Notes: generated by a model from the letters alone, not told the origin. 64,000 nt of DNA from an uncultured Acidimicrobiia bacterium (GCA_963786955.1 CAWBAT010000006.1:128001-192000); one strand, 5' to 3'. Counted from the stretch's first letter, positions 21,202 through 32,420 are shown. Numbers and translations: made by a program.

Positions 21202-24200
21202 ATGCGCAAGCTGAATTTTGTTCCGTTATTTCTGTTTATTGCTTTTGCGTCATTCTGGGCAAGCGCGCCGAATTCGACGCCGAACCTGACGAAACAGCCT
21301 ACCCTCTATGTCGTCCCTTATGCCCACCTCGACACGCAATGGCGGTGGGATTACGTGCAGACCATCAATGAGTATCTCCCCGCTACTATGCATGACAATT
21401 TCGTGCTCTTCGAGAAATACCCGCACTATGTATTCAACTTCAGCGGCGCCAATCGCTATCGCATGATGAAGGAGTACTATCCGGAGGACTACGCCAAAGT
21501 AAAGCAATATGTTGCCGCGGGACGATGGTTCCCATCCGGCTCCTCAATGGAAGAGAGCGACGTGAACTCACCGTCGGCAGAGTCGCTGATCCGCCAACTC
21601 CTATACGGCACGCAGTTCTTCCGCCGCGAATTCGGCAAGACCAGCGCCGAGTATATGCTGCCCGACTGCTTTGGCTTTCCTGCGTCGCTCCCGAGCATCC
21701 TGGCGCACATGGGTATAAAGGGCTTCTCAACCCAGAAACTTTCATGGCATTCGAGCGCACGTGTAGGGGGGCCGGGTTCGCCGCAGGATACGCCCCAGGG
21801 AATCCCGTTCAACGTCGGCTACTGGGAAGGCCTCGACGGCAAGGGCGTCATTGCAGCCTTGAACGCCACCGATTACGGGTCCGACGTTACCGAAGACCTC
21901 AGTAAAAGCGACACTTGGCGCCATCGCGTGCAGAAGAATGGGGACTCGAGCGGACTCTTCGTTGATTACCGCTATTATGGTACCGGCGACATGGGCGGGG
22001 CTCCCCGGGAAGCCTCAGTGAAGGCAATGGAAGCGATCTTGACAAGGACGGCCGCGGTGTTTCCGAAGCAACATTCCGACAGCGAGCAAGCGCCACCAAC
22101 AGAGGCCAGTCACGCTGTGCAGGTTGGCGATGGACCACTCACGGTCTTGCAGACGACAGCTGAGCAAATGTTCATTGACATTCCCGCAGAAAAGATCTCG
22201 GCGCTGCCGAAATATAAAGGCGACCTCGAACTGACGGAGCACTCAGCGGGATCATTGACATCGCAGGCTTATATGAAGCATTTGAATCGCAAGAATGAAT
22301 TGCTGGCGGACGCCGCCGAACGCGTGTCGGTTGCCGCCGCCTGGCTCGACGGACGCGTATACCCGCAGCAGCGCCTGAACAACGCATGGACGCTCGTCAT
22401 GGGCGGACAATTTCATGATATCATTCCCGGCACGAGCATCCCGAAAGCTTACGAATATTCGTGGAACGACGAAGTGCTGGCAATGAACCAATTCGCAGGC
22501 GTGCTGACCAGCGCAGTCGAGGCGGTTGCATCGGGGATGAACACGCAGGGCAAGGGGACGCCGGTCGTTGTTTACAATCCGCTGGGTGTGGAGCGGGAGG
22601 ATGTGGTCGAAGCTACTGTTGCATTGCCTGCTGAAACGAAAACTGTCCGCGTTCTCGCACCCGACGGCAGAGCAACTCCAGCGCAGTTGGAGAAAGGGAA
22701 CAAGGTCTTGTTCCTGGCCAAGGTGCCGTCGGTTGGATTCTCAGTATACGATGTGCAGCCCGCAGACACCGGCAGTGTGCCTTCAGCGCTAACGGCGACT
22801 GCATCATCGCTGGAAAATGCGCGCTATCACATCAAGCTGGATCAAAACGGCGATGCGGCCGGAATCTTTGACAAAAAGCTAAACAAGGAACTGCTCGCCG
22901 CACCCGCCCGGCTGGCCATCAAAAACGACAAGCCGGAAGAATGGCCGGCATGGAACATAGACTGGGCCGACCAGCAGAAGCCGCCTCGCGCGTACGTCAG
23001 CGGACCTGCAAAAGTGCGCGTCGTCGAAAGAGGGCCCGTGCGCGTTGCCGTCGAGATCCTGCGCGAAACGGAAGGATCGCAATTCGCGCAAACCATCAGG
23101 CTGTCGGCAGGCGATGCCGGCAATCGCGTCGAGTTCAGCAACGTTATCGACTGGAGAACCAGCTCGGCCAACCTGAAAGCTACGTTTCCTCTGACCGCGT
23201 CGAATACGATCGCGACTTACAACTGGGATGTCGGCACAATCGAACGCGGCAACAACGACGAGAAGCAATATGAAGTTGGATCGCATCAATGGTTCGATCT
23301 TACCGATAAAAGCGGCGCGTTCGGTGTTACCGTACTCTCCGATTGCAAAACCGGTTCAGACAAGCCCGACGACAGTACACTTCGGCTGACTCTGCTGCGT
23401 ACTCCGGGAATCAGCGACTGGGGGTGGTGGCTCACCGACCAGGCAACTCAGGACTGGGGGCGGCACAAGATCTTCTACGGACTGATGGGGCACGCCGGTG
23501 ATTGGCGCCGGGAACAGAGCGACTGGCAGGCATTACGCCTCAATCAGCGGTTGATTGCGTTTAGCACAACCAGGCACGCGGGCGAGCTCGGCAAAAGCTT
23601 TTCGCTTTTGAAACTGAGCAGTTCCCGCGTACGCGTGCTGGCGGTCAAGAAGGCCGAAGAGAGCGCTGATATCATCGTGCGTCTTGTCGAACTCGACGGC
23701 AAGACGCAGCAGAACGTAAGCGTGACATTCGCGGCCCCTATCGCATCAGCGCGTGAGCTGAATGGCCAGGAACAACCGCTGGGCCAGGCATTGGTAGATA
23801 AAGGCGAGCTGCGGATAGACTTTGCGCCGTATCAGCTGCGAACATTTGCGTTGAAGCTGGAGACATCAAGCGCAAAACTCGCTCCGCCAAACTTCCGGCC
23901 GATTGTTCTCGCTTATGATCAGGCGATTGCGAGCCTCGACGGCACAAAATCACAAGGCGGTTTCGATGCAGCCGGCCGGGCGTTTCCGGCCGAGATGCTG
24001 TTGCGCGACTTGGCATTTGGCAGCATCCACTTCCAGCTCGGACCGGCAACGGAGCGGAATGCCGTCGTGGCACGCGGCCAGAGTATTGCGCTGCCTGAGG
24101 GACAATTCGCGCGTGTGTATGTGTTGGCGGCCGCCGATGGTGATCAGAAGGCCACATTCTACGCGGGCAAGAAAGCGGTCGAACTGACAATCCAGGATTG

Positions 24201-24570
24201 GGGCGGCTACATCGGACAATGGGATAATCGTGTGTTGAATGAGAAAGAGGTCACGCTATCCGCGACAGACGGTCAACCGGCGCGCAAGGTAAAAGTCATG
24301 GAATATGCGGGCCTCAAGCCGGGGTACATCAAATTTGCGCCGGTGGCCTGGTTTGCATCGCACCGGCATACGGCCGAGGGTAAGAATGAAGCCTACGCCT
24401 ATTGTTATCTGTTTGCGTATGAGATTCGCCTGCCTATAAACACAAAGACTTTGACCCTGCCGAATAACGACAAAATCCGCGTGCTGGCTGTAACGGCATC
24501 GGGAGAAGGTGCACCGGTATTCCCGGCGCAGCCGCTCTACGACACACTCGAGAAAACAGCAGAAAAGTAG
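21202..24570 (+). CDS. Secreted alpha-mannosidase, glycoside hydrolase family 38
   Basis: Signal peptide, AHLDTQWRW, MLPDCFGF, QFHDIIPG, LRLTLLRTP. Confidence 0.93.
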   Translation: MRKLNFVPLFLFIAFASFWASAPNSTPNLTKQPTLYVVPYAHLDTQWRWDYVQTINEYLPATMHDNFVLFEKYPHYVFNFSGANRYRMMKEYYPEDYAKVKQYVAAGRWFPSGSSMEESDVNSPSAESLIRQLLYGTQFFRREFGKTSAEYMLPDCFGFPASLPSILAHMGIKGFSTQKLSWHSSARVGGPGSPQDTPQGIPFNVGYWEGLDGKGVIAALNATDYGSDVTEDLSKSDTWRHRVQKNGDSSGLFVDYRYYGTGDMGGAPREASVKAMEAILTRTAAVFPKQHSDSEQAPPTEASHAVQVGDGPLTVLQTTAEQMFIDIPAEKISALPKYKGDLELTEHSAGSLTSQAYMKHLNRKNELLADAAERVSVAAAWLDGRVYPQQRLNNAWTLVMGGQFHDIIPGTSIPKAYEYSWNDEVLAMNQFAGVLTSAVEAVASGMNTQGKGTPVVVYNPLGVEREDVVEATVALPAETKTVRVLAPDGRATPAQLEKGNKVLFLAKVPSVGFSVYDVQPADTGSVPSALTATASSLENARYHIKLDQNGDAAGIFDKKLNKELLAAPARLAIKNDKPEEWPAWNIDWADQQKPPRAYVSGPAKVRVVERGPVRVAVEILRETEGSQFAQTIRLSAGDAGNRVEFSNVIDWRTSSANLKATFPLTASNTIATYNWDVGTIERGNNDEKQYEVGSHQWFDLTDKSGAFGVTVLSDCKTGSDKPDDSTLRLTLLRTPGISDWGWWLTDQATQDWGRHKIFYGLMGHAGDWRREQSDWQALRLNQRLIAFSTTRHAGELGKSFSLLKLSSSRVRVLAVKKAEESADIIVRLVELDGKTQQNVSVTFAAPIASARELNGQEQPLGQALVDKGELRIDFAPYQLRTFALKLETSSAKLAPPNFRPIVLAYDQAIASLDGTKSQGGFDAAGRAFPAEMLLRDLAFGSIHFQLGPATERNAVVARGQSIALPEGQFARVYVLAAADGDQKATFYAGKKAVELTIQDWGGYIGQWDNRVLNEKEVTLSATDGQPARKVKVMEYAGLKPGYIKFAPVAWFASHRHTAEGKNEAYAYCYLFAYEIRLPINTKTLTLPNNDKIRVLAVTASGEGAPVFPAQPLYDTLEKTAEK

Positions 24571-24667
24571 CCTGGCCAGTGAAGATGTCTTGCCCGAAAA
24601 TGACGCTTGGCTATCCGGAATTGGTAAACGGTCCAGATACGGCGTTGTGAGATGTAGCGAAGTCAAG

Positions 24668-24750
24668 TGGACGTAATACGGCTTGACCGGAGATTGGGGA
24701 GCTGTCGAACGGCAGTGGCTCCCACTCTCCGGCCAGCCGACCATCCGAAA
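24668..24750 (+). repeat. Island palindromic element, copy 4 (subfamily B)
   Basis: TGGACGTAATACGGCTTGACCGGAGATTGGGGAGCTGTCGAACGGCAGTGGCTCCCACTCTCCGGCCAGCCGAC. Confidence 0.8.
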
Positions 24751-25023
24751 TTTACTGGTCCTCGTTCCTCTATAAGGTCGCAGTGTCTTGGGCGAAAGCG
24801 CGAGCGCCAAACATGGCAACAACAGCGCTCCGCCCTTCGATACTCCACCTGCAGTCGAGAGCTTGCGAGTGACAACGCGACTTGGCCCACCGGATGGATC
24901 TGTAGGGCTACACTGAGTTGAGTGCCAGGTCACGACGGGTCGCCCGTAGGGTACTAGACTCCGAGCCTGGTGCTTGGGCCCAAAATACTGGCGACGCTCA
25001 GGATCGGAGCGTAAAATCGGTTC

Positions 25024-26811
25024 ATGAATTCGACCGCACACCGCTTGACCTTTGCACTTCTTGCCCTGCACGGGATCCTGCTTCTCGTCACACTGCCGGA
25101 TTACTTTGTCAGCATCGATTCGGGTTACCACGTGTCGCTGGCGCGCTGGTATGGCGAACATGGTACTGCCTGGTGGGACCATATCAACTATGGCCCCGGC
25201 GGTCGGCCGAATCTGCAGGGCCCGCTGATGCACATGGCCATCGGGTACCTGGGCCGCATGCTGGGCGGCGACGGCATGGATTATGTGCATGCCAATGCGA
25301 TGCTAGCGCTGTTTCAATGGGCGGCCGCCATGTTTACGGCTTGGTTCTTCGCCAGGCGCTGTGGGGGCGATTGGGCTGCGCTGTTCACCATCGCGCTGCT
25401 TTCCGGTGCGCTGTTCGCTTCGATCTCCTTCGCGGTTGGCATCCCTTCCGGCTGGATCTTCATCTTCTCGGCATGGGCGGCCTGGTATTTCGTCGAGGGT
25501 CGGCTGCCGCTTGCCATCCTGTTCACAACAGCTGCCATCTATACGCATCTTGGGGGTTACGCGATGGCGCCGGTGGCCGTGTTCGTCGCGGCGGTGATTA
25601 CCCGCAGGTGGAGAGCTCTCGTAATCGTGGGGGCTGCAACGGCGATTCTCACCAGCCCGTATACCGTTCATTTCCTGGGCAACCTCGAGTGGTACCGCGG
25701 AAGACGCGGTGACGAGGCTCTGATGCTAGCTCCGCTCACCTACATCCCTGCCGCCTTCGGGATCGTTCAGCTGCTGCGCGAGCCCCGCAAAAACGTTTTC
25801 CTGCTGGCATGGCTCGCGGCCCCGACGGCCTGGATCGCGCAAGACTACAAGAGATTCCTGCTGCAGGCACCCCTCGTGCTCGCAGTGATCGCCGGTGTCG
25901 AGCTCGCCAGGATGCGTGAACAGATAGCGCCTCGGTTTCGAAATGCCTTTGTGGCCAGCCTGGTTGCGCTCGCCACAATCTTTCCTCTGACGCTGCCCGC
26001 CTGGGCATTTGAGCTGATGTGGAATTTTGGCCCGCGCAGCCCGCGGATGCTCGACTGGAACGAACGGAAACAGCTCGCGGAGGTGATCGGCCGCGCAAGT
26101 TTGAACGATCGGCTCGTAAACGTGTGGAACCCGACGCAGTGCATCGCGATGGCCGTGTTTGTACCGATGATGTTTGAGGGCGGCCACTGGGTAGAGGTTC
26201 AGCCGCGCGTGTATTCCGCGCGGCTGCTTTCCGCTGGCGTGAAGGTCTACGCGCTCCCCGTCCCGCCGGACGATCCGGTCCTCCGCGATCTCGCAGGAGC
26301 GGGTTTTCTCACGATCCATGGTGGCACGTCGCTGAACTCGATCACGACACTGAACGGTCCGGCGCCACTCGAGGCCGCGGCCCGGAGCTTGGCGCGCATC
26401 GGAGCCCAGGAGGCTGACTGGCTGGCAAAATACTCGGAGAACAACCGCATGCCGAGTGTCAGGGAGTTGCTCTCGGTCGAGGCCGTGAGGCGTTACCGTT
26501 CCCGCGCCCGCGAGCAGCGGACCCGCGCCGGCCGGATTAAGACAGCCATCCTGGTGTACGCGTATGCGCTCGAAAAGGATTACCCGGACCATGCGCGCGG
26601 AGCACGCGGCTCAGCCGACGGTTTCGGCGAACTGGCGAACCTTCTGGGGGACGAAGCAACTCTCGACTTCCGGACCGAAGCCGATCACCGGCAGCTCAAG
26701 GCCAACCTTGCCCAATTTGCGCGTGAGATCCGTTGTTTCGATACACAGGTGTTGCCCACCGCTGAAATGGACCGTATCAACCAAAAGGTATTCCACGAGT
26801 ACTTCCGGTAA
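25024..26811 (+). CDS. Polytopic membrane protein, possibly GT-C-like, with a soluble C-terminal domain
   Basis: Intact 595-aa ORF with about 10 hydrophobic segments and a DSGYH loop after TM1. Function is inferred only. Confidence 0.7.
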   Translation: MNSTAHRLTFALLALHGILLLVTLPDYFVSIDSGYHVSLARWYGEHGTAWWDHINYGPGGRPNLQGPLMHMAIGYLGRMLGGDGMDYVHANAMLALFQWAAAMFTAWFFARRCGGDWAALFTIALLSGALFASISFAVGIPSGWIFIFSAWAAWYFVEGRLPLAILFTTAAIYTHLGGYAMAPVAVFVAAVITRRWRALVIVGAATAILTSPYTVHFLGNLEWYRGRRGDEALMLAPLTYIPAAFGIVQLLREPRKNVFLLAWLAAPTAWIAQDYKRFLLQAPLVLAVIAGVELARMREQIAPRFRNAFVASLVALATIFPLTLPAWAFELMWNFGPRSPRMLDWNERKQLAEVIGRASLNDRLVNVWNPTQCIAMAVFVPMMFEGGHWVEVQPRVYSARLLSAGVKVYALPVPPDDPVLRDLAGAGFLTIHGGTSLNSITTLNGPAPLEAAARSLARIGAQEADWLAKYSENNRMPSVRELLSVEAVRRYRSRAREQRTRAGRIKTAILVYAYALEKDYPDHARGARGSADGFGELANLLGDEATLDFRTEADHRQLKANLAQFAREIRCFDTQVLPTAEMDRINQKVFHEYFR

Positions 26812-26837
26812 GTTGCGACGCCCACCCGCAATGGCTC

Positions 26838-26918
26838 TGGTCGTATTACGGCGTAACCGGAGTTTGAGGAGCTGTCGAACGGCATTGGCTCCCAATCTCC
26901 GGTTTATCGACTGTTGAG
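26838..26918 (+). repeat. Island palindromic element, copy 5 (subfamily B)
   Basis: TGGTCGTATTACGGCGTAACCGGAGTTTGAGGAGCTGTCGAACGGCATTGGCTCCCAATCTCCGGTTTATCGAC. Confidence 0.85.
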
Positions 26919-27169
26919 GATTTATGCCAAGGACTCAAGGCAAACCTTGTTGAATCAATCTCGTGTACCCTGATAAATTCGCGACTGTGCAACTCGGTCT
27001 CAAAACGAAATGAAATAAGGATTTCTACACAAGCATTACGTCAATTCTGCCATTTGCCTTTCAGCCTGAACTGCAATAGTTTTGTGTAGTGAGATTTTTT
27101 ATGGCTACCGTGGAAGTGAGGCAGGCGTACTCTCTCCGTCGCGATTCCCACCCAATAAGGAGCACACTT

Positions 27170-29484
27170 ATGAAGATGAACTCTTTCCTCCTCTTCGCTC
27201 TTCCTGTCTTTCTCCTGTGCGGCTTTCACACCAATTTTTCCTTTTCACTGCCTCGTCAGGAGCGAAGCCCCGATCCCTTTCAGAACGGATTTCTCTCGGC
27301 TGAGATCAAGATGTACAACGGTGCCCCAACTCTCTTCTTGGATGGAAGACCTGTGTTCTATGGTGCATGGTGGGTTTCTCCCCCCACAAACGAGGGATGG
27401 GCTGCCTCCGATGTTACGAAGATGAACGCGGTGGAGACAGGCATTCACATCTATGCTTTCGACGTCGGTTCGACGGAGTGGTGCGGTCCCGCTTGGGGCC
27501 GACTAGCCCACTACGATTTTTCTACCGTACAAGCGCGATTCAATCGAATCCTTGAAGCAGATCCCAAAGCCCTATTTCACTTGCGAATCAACCTCGAGAT
27601 GAGCGAGCCGCAGTCCCAATGGTGGCACAATCTCTACCCGGAAGAACGGGAGATCCTCTCCGATGGTACTCCACACAGACAGTCCTTCGCGTCCGCCGTG
27701 TGGCGTGAACAGGTAAAGGATTTTCTACGGGCATACGTCGCTCATCTTAAGAAAATCGGTGTCTTCAATCGCGTTGTCTCTTATCAGGTGGGAGCCGGTC
27801 ACACAGGCGAATGGGTGAAAGGCAAGCTATCGATGTTCTTCCTGACCGGTGACTACAGCAAGCCGATGAAGCGTCACTTCCAGGCATGGCTGCGAGAGCA
27901 CTACAACAATGATGAAGGAGCGCTGAGGAAAGCATGGAACAAACCTGAGTACAGTTTTGAGATTGCGGAAGTTCCCTCAGGCCTCGAGCAATTCGAAACA
28001 AAGCAGATGACGTTCCGCGACCCGAATCAGGAACAGAACGTCATCGACTACTACCTTTGTCTCGCAGATCTCTGCGGAAGCCTCGTCGTCGACTTCTGTC
28101 GCACGGTGAAGGAAGCGACCGGAGGTAAAGCTCTAGCGGGTGCTTTCTTTGGCTATCTGATGGAGCTTGCATGGAATGCAGGTTTCTTTGCCGAGGGACC
28201 GGCAAGTCCGTACTCGACGTATCAACGGAGCGGACACTTGGGGCTGGGACACGTTCTTGAATCGTCCTCTGTCGATTTCCTGGTGAGCCCATACAGTTAT
28301 GGCTTCCGCGGCATCGGGGGCGAAGGATGCAGCATGCTCCCCACAGAGTCGCTCCGCCTCCACAACAAGATCTACCTCATGGAGGATGACACACGCACTC
28401 ACATGGATAATGATCCTGCTTATGGACGCGCGCGCAATCTGGCGGAATCACGTACGATTCTCCGCCGCAACTTCGGCTACGTGGCCACTCACGGACAAGG
28501 GCTCTGGTGGTTGGTGAACAAGGGCGCAGTGGAGAGCAGTCTCGAGCCCGCATTCACCCCGATGCTCAAGGAGTTTCAGCAGCTGGGTAACTTCGCGCTC
28601 AAAACAGACCGGTCGCCAAGCGCTGAGATCGCCGTGCTTCTAGATGATGAAAGTTTCTTCTACGAGACGGTCCGGAATGAGCTGGACGTGCCGCTGATCT
28701 TCCACCAGAGGCTGATAGGGCTTCCCCGTTTGGGCGCTCCCTATGACGTCTATCTCCTCAATGATTTCATCAAGGGCCGGCTCCGGCCCTACAAGCTCTA
28801 CATTTTCCTGAATGCGTTTAGATTGGATGGGACCCGGAGAGAGTCTCTGAAAAACAGCGCAAGGATGGCCGGACAGCAGTGTGGATCTATGCCCCCGGGT
28901 ACATCAAGGACACAGCGTCAGTCGAACACATGAAGGATCTTACCGGTTTCACTTTTGTGGAGAACAGCCATCCGTGGCCGAGCTTCCTCCACATCACGAA
29001 TTTCAATCATCCCATCACGGCTCGTCTTCCTCAAGATCTCTTCTGGAACACCGACAGCTACCTCGGTCCGCTCTTCCATCTGGCAGACAGCGACGCTCAA
29101 GTGCTCGGCGACGTCGTTATCGCGCAGGGGACTTGCCAACCCGGATTTGCAGTCAAGGCGTTCCCAACCTGGACATCGATCTATGTGGCAGTACCGAACA
29201 TCCCTGCGCAAGTCTTGAGGGGAATCGCCCGTTTTGCCAAAGTCCACATCTATAACGACGAAGGCGATGTGCTGGATGCAAGTCGGAACCTGCTGAGCGT
29301 CCATACCGTCTCAGGCGGAGAACGAACCTTCAACTTGCCTTCGAAGGCCGAAGTTGTGTATGACCTTTTCGAAAGGAAGGTCATCGGCAGAGATACGGAT
29401 CGCTTCAGGGTAACGCTCTCGCCGGGTTCAACGGCGCTTTACTTCGCCGGCAAGGAGTCGCTCATTGTGCAATTTCGAAAATGA
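27170..29484 (+). CDS. Secreted beta-galactosidase-like glycoside hydrolase (GH42-like; apparent frameshift near 28860)
   Basis: Signal peptide, GHTGEW, LRKAWN, DFLVSPYSY, EDDTRTH, and a trimerisation-like C-terminal region continuing in 28879-29484. Confidence 0.75.
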
Positions 29485-29519
29485 AGCCCGGGTCGCCCCC
29501 GCGCCGAACAAGAAGGAAA

Positions 29520-29612
29520 CTCGTAGGCGGACAACAGGTCAGCGCTTGCCAGCCCGATGCGGCACGCAGCGCCGGTGACAGGGGCTACACGAGCTGTGAG
29601 GTTCACCTTCAT
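29520..29612 (-). pseudogene. N-terminal fragment of an SDR oxidoreductase
   Basis: MKVNLTARVAPVTGAACRIGLASADLL is a decayed VTGAxxGIG motif, truncated after about 30 codons. Confidence 0.6.
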
Positions 29613-29678
29613 CCTGCTACCAGACTGGCATCCTCGAACCAGCAAGTTCAACCCGCGTTTTGTTCTTTGCGCATGAGT

Positions 29679-30749
29679 TCAAAGCTGGTCCGCCCATGGC
29701 GTTGGTGTCAGCAACCTTTTCGCCACTTGTTCGATCTCTAACCGGGGGCCACGAAAGGCCCACACCTGCGCTGCGTCCTCGCACCTCGTCTGTCCCGTGC
29801 CGTAGCCGATGGCTGGGATGTGGTATTCCAGTTCGCTGAACGCGCCGAGCTGGCTGTTCACGTTGCAGGCCTGAACCGCAAAGCCGAAATAGTCGGTTTC
29901 CCTCCAGGGCACATCCACGTACTCACCAGATGGGTTCACGAGAAGATTGCGGATGATCAGCGCCCAGCGGTCGCCCGTCTGGTAGAGGTAGCCGATGCGA
30001 TTGCAGATGGACACCGCGCGAACGCTAATCTTGTGCTCGCCTTTTTGTCTCATGCGATAGCGGATCAAGCGGTCGGTCGTAATCAGATCCTCAGGCGGGA
30101 TCGTTCCCAACGTGCTAAAGATGTGGCGCGGTTCGGTGCGGCCGAACGTGGGCATCAAGAGATCACCTCCATGTGGCATCTGGATGAGATTCCAGAGGCC
30201 AACCTGGTCATGCGTGCGGCGGCTCGCACCGAGGAGTGCGAGCGACGTGTACTGAGTGTAACCGGCATAATCGACGCCTTGAAGCTTTAGCCCCCGTTCG
30301 TGCCGCAACGGGTTCGACGCCGGGCCAAAGCTTTTCGTGATCTTCAGGTTTAAGTTCTTCTTTGACCGTGAGAAGTTCACCGTGAGGCGGTTTACCAGTT
30401 TGATTCCGTCCCGGGTTTCAACCACTTGGTAGCTACCAGGATCAAGTGAACGCTGCTGGAAGTACTTGTCGAGGTTGGGAAAGTTTGGGAAAAACAAGTC
30501 GACCTCGGGTCCAAGCCAGGTGCGGTCGCCGCCGGAATTGTGCCACTGGTCGCTCGCATAAAACTCCCTGGCGGCCTGCACCGTCTCCAAGGCCGTGTTT
30601 GTCCAGTAAAAATTCTCGTGGCTGTTGGCAGAAAACAGGCCGAGCACGCGGCCACCGTAAGACAGCACGAGTACCCTCGTGCCGTCAGGGGTGTGGTAAA
30701 GCTCCGTCGGTTTGCCAACCTTGCGGAGGACGTCGACAAGTTTTTTCAT
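29679..30749 (-). CDS. Hypothetical protein, DUF6786/mutarotase-like
   Basis: YGGRVLGL, WHNSGGDRTWLGPE, FSELEYH. Co-oriented with the sugar transporter. Confidence 0.7.
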   Translation of the reverse strand: MKKLVDVLRKVGKPTELYHTPDGTRVLVLSYGGRVLGLFSANSHENFYWTNTALETVQAAREFYASDQWHNSGGDRTWLGPEVDLFFPNFPNLDKYFQQRSLDPGSYQVVETRDGIKLVNRLTVNFSRSKKNLNLKITKSFGPASNPLRHERGLKLQGVDYAGYTQYTSLALLGASRRTHDQVGLWNLIQMPHGGDLLMPTFGRTEPRHIFSTLGTIPPEDLITTDRLIRYRMRQKGEHKISVRAVSICNRIGYLYQTGDRWALIIRNLLVNPSGEYVDVPWRETDYFGFAVQACNVNSQLGAFSELEYHIPAIGYGTGQTRCEDAAQVWAFRGPRLEIEQVAKRLLTPTPWADQL

Positions 30750-30763
30750 GGCACGGAACTCGG

Positions 30764-31804
30764 TCAGGACTTGGCCAGATTGCTGGAATAGGCCATGATA
30801 ATTGCGGCAATGATCAGAATGATGATGGCCGTGTACATCTGCCGGCGCGGCTTGCCCTGCACGCCGCGCCACTCGCCGCTGATGAATCCGAGGCCCTGTC
30901 CGCCGAGCATTTGCGACGCCTGCTGGATGCCGAAGCCGACCGAGGCCCCCAGCGCTCCGAACAGCAACATGCCTTTACCCATCAGCACAATGCCAAGGGC
31001 CATGTTCGCGCCGATGATCGCGGCCAGTCCGAGTTCTTTTCCACTCCGCGCGAGCACACCCAACGACTTGTTCCTGGCCATCAGGTAAAGCGGATAGATC
31101 AGATTGATCAGTGCGCCACCAAGCAGACCCACGGACCAGACGGCGAACGTGGCCGGGACATCACCTGCACCGTTGGCTTTCATGGCGGCAACGATCGGTC
31201 CCTGTCCATAAACAAAAGCCAGCGCCATTCCGCAGGAAAGAACCCCCGCCACAATCGTCATCACGAGTCCGCCGGAAAAACTACCTGAGGTCTGCTGCAG
31301 ATTCTGCAACAGCGCGTCTCGACCAAAGCCGGCCAGCGACGCAAATACAACGCCAACAAGCATCACCGCCACCCCGGCCAGCGCCGTCAGTCCGGCGGGT
31401 GAGCCGAGGTCCGGCGCGTCCTGGAACAGGCCCGAACCCTTCACGATCATCGGCACCGTCACACCCACCGAAACGCCCAAGCCGGTAAGGATGGCCCCCG
31501 TGAGCGCCACGCCGATCCGCACAAAGCAAAGGCCGCACAACACGTTGGCTACACCCCACCCGGCGGCCCACAGGTTAGCTGTGATCAAGCTCCGGACCGG
31601 TACCCGGCCGTAAGCAGAGAAAGCCCCGGGACACCCCAGCAATGTCACGGTCCAGGGGACGATCACCAAACCGACTAACATGCCAATGAACCACCAGTGC
31701 TCAAACTGGAACTTCTTGATCAGTTTCATCGGCCAGGCACCGCTGCCGATCAACAGGCCCGCAAAAGCAACGAGCACGATTCCTAGAAGCTGAGCGGATG
31801 ACAT
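30764..31804 (-). CDS. L-rhamnose/proton symporter RhaT-like (DMT superfamily)
   Basis: About 10 TM segments, WPMKLIKKFQFEHWW, C-terminal GEWRG. Confidence 0.8.
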   Translation of the reverse strand: MSSAQLLGIVLVAFAGLLIGSGAWPMKLIKKFQFEHWWFIGMLVGLVIVPWTVTLLGCPGAFSAYGRVPVRSLITANLWAAGWGVANVLCGLCFVRIGVALTGAILTGLGVSVGVTVPMIVKGSGLFQDAPDLGSPAGLTALAGVAVMLVGVVFASLAGFGRDALLQNLQQTSGSFSGGLVMTIVAGVLSCGMALAFVYGQGPIVAAMKANGAGDVPATFAVWSVGLLGGALINLIYPLYLMARNKSLGVLARSGKELGLAAIIGANMALGIVLMGKGMLLFGALGASVGFGIQQASQMLGGQGLGFISGEWRGVQGKPRRQMYTAIIILIIAAIIMAYSSNLAKS

Positions 31805-31897
31805 GGTGTTACTTTCGCTCGTACAGACCTTTCAAACTCTGGACACGCAGCCTTGGCCGAAATGCGCGCTAGATTCGTTGCGGAAGTCGGAGATGAA

Positions 31898-32150
31898 CTA
31901 GATCCGGGACGTCGTGCCGCCGTCCGCAATTATCATCTGGCCGATGAAGTTGCCAACATCCTCCGAGCAGAGAAGGACCGCGAGCTTGACGATCTCGACC
32001 TTCTCGCCAGATCGGGCGCTCGGCATTTTCTCCGCCGGAACCTCGCACGCGTCCGCGTCGCTGAAGCCGAAAATTCTCTTGTAATATTTTTCCACAGTCA
32101 CCCAGCCGGGGGCAATGGCATTCAGACGAATTTTCTTGTGCCGTAGAGTC
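31898..32150 (-). pseudogene. C-terminal fragment of an SDR oxidoreductase
   Basis: KIRLNAIAPGWV...FIGQMIIADGG. No N-terminal half. Confidence 0.7.
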
Positions 32151-32282
32151 AAAAAACTCGAACGAATTGACAAGGCATGGTTTACACGCTTCCCCTCTTA
32201 TCCCTTAAATTACCTTTTTTCCATCCTCGGATACAGTCTACAATCCCGACTCACTAACTCGTTTGAGACTAAAAGGATTGGA

Positions 32283-32420
32283 ATAGATTGGTCTCGACTG
32301 CCGGCCTGTATCAGCGGAACGGTTGACCATGAATTGCTGTTATGCAATAAATGTCTCGCTGCCGAAAATCAGATTCTCAAAGCCCGGATCCGGGATCGAT
32401 TGCTACTTCCCGACGCTGAG
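32283..32420 (+). pseudogene. 5' remnant of an integrase-core transposase
   Basis: DWSRLPACISGTVDHELLLCNKCLAAENQILKARIRDRLLLPDAER, cut off by the next element. Confidence 0.65.

Noticed and set aside
24256-26592. Long antisense and alternate-frame ORFs (24256-25290, 24918-25712, 25726-26592)
   Set aside because: They are shadows of GC-rich real genes, with no recognisable motifs.
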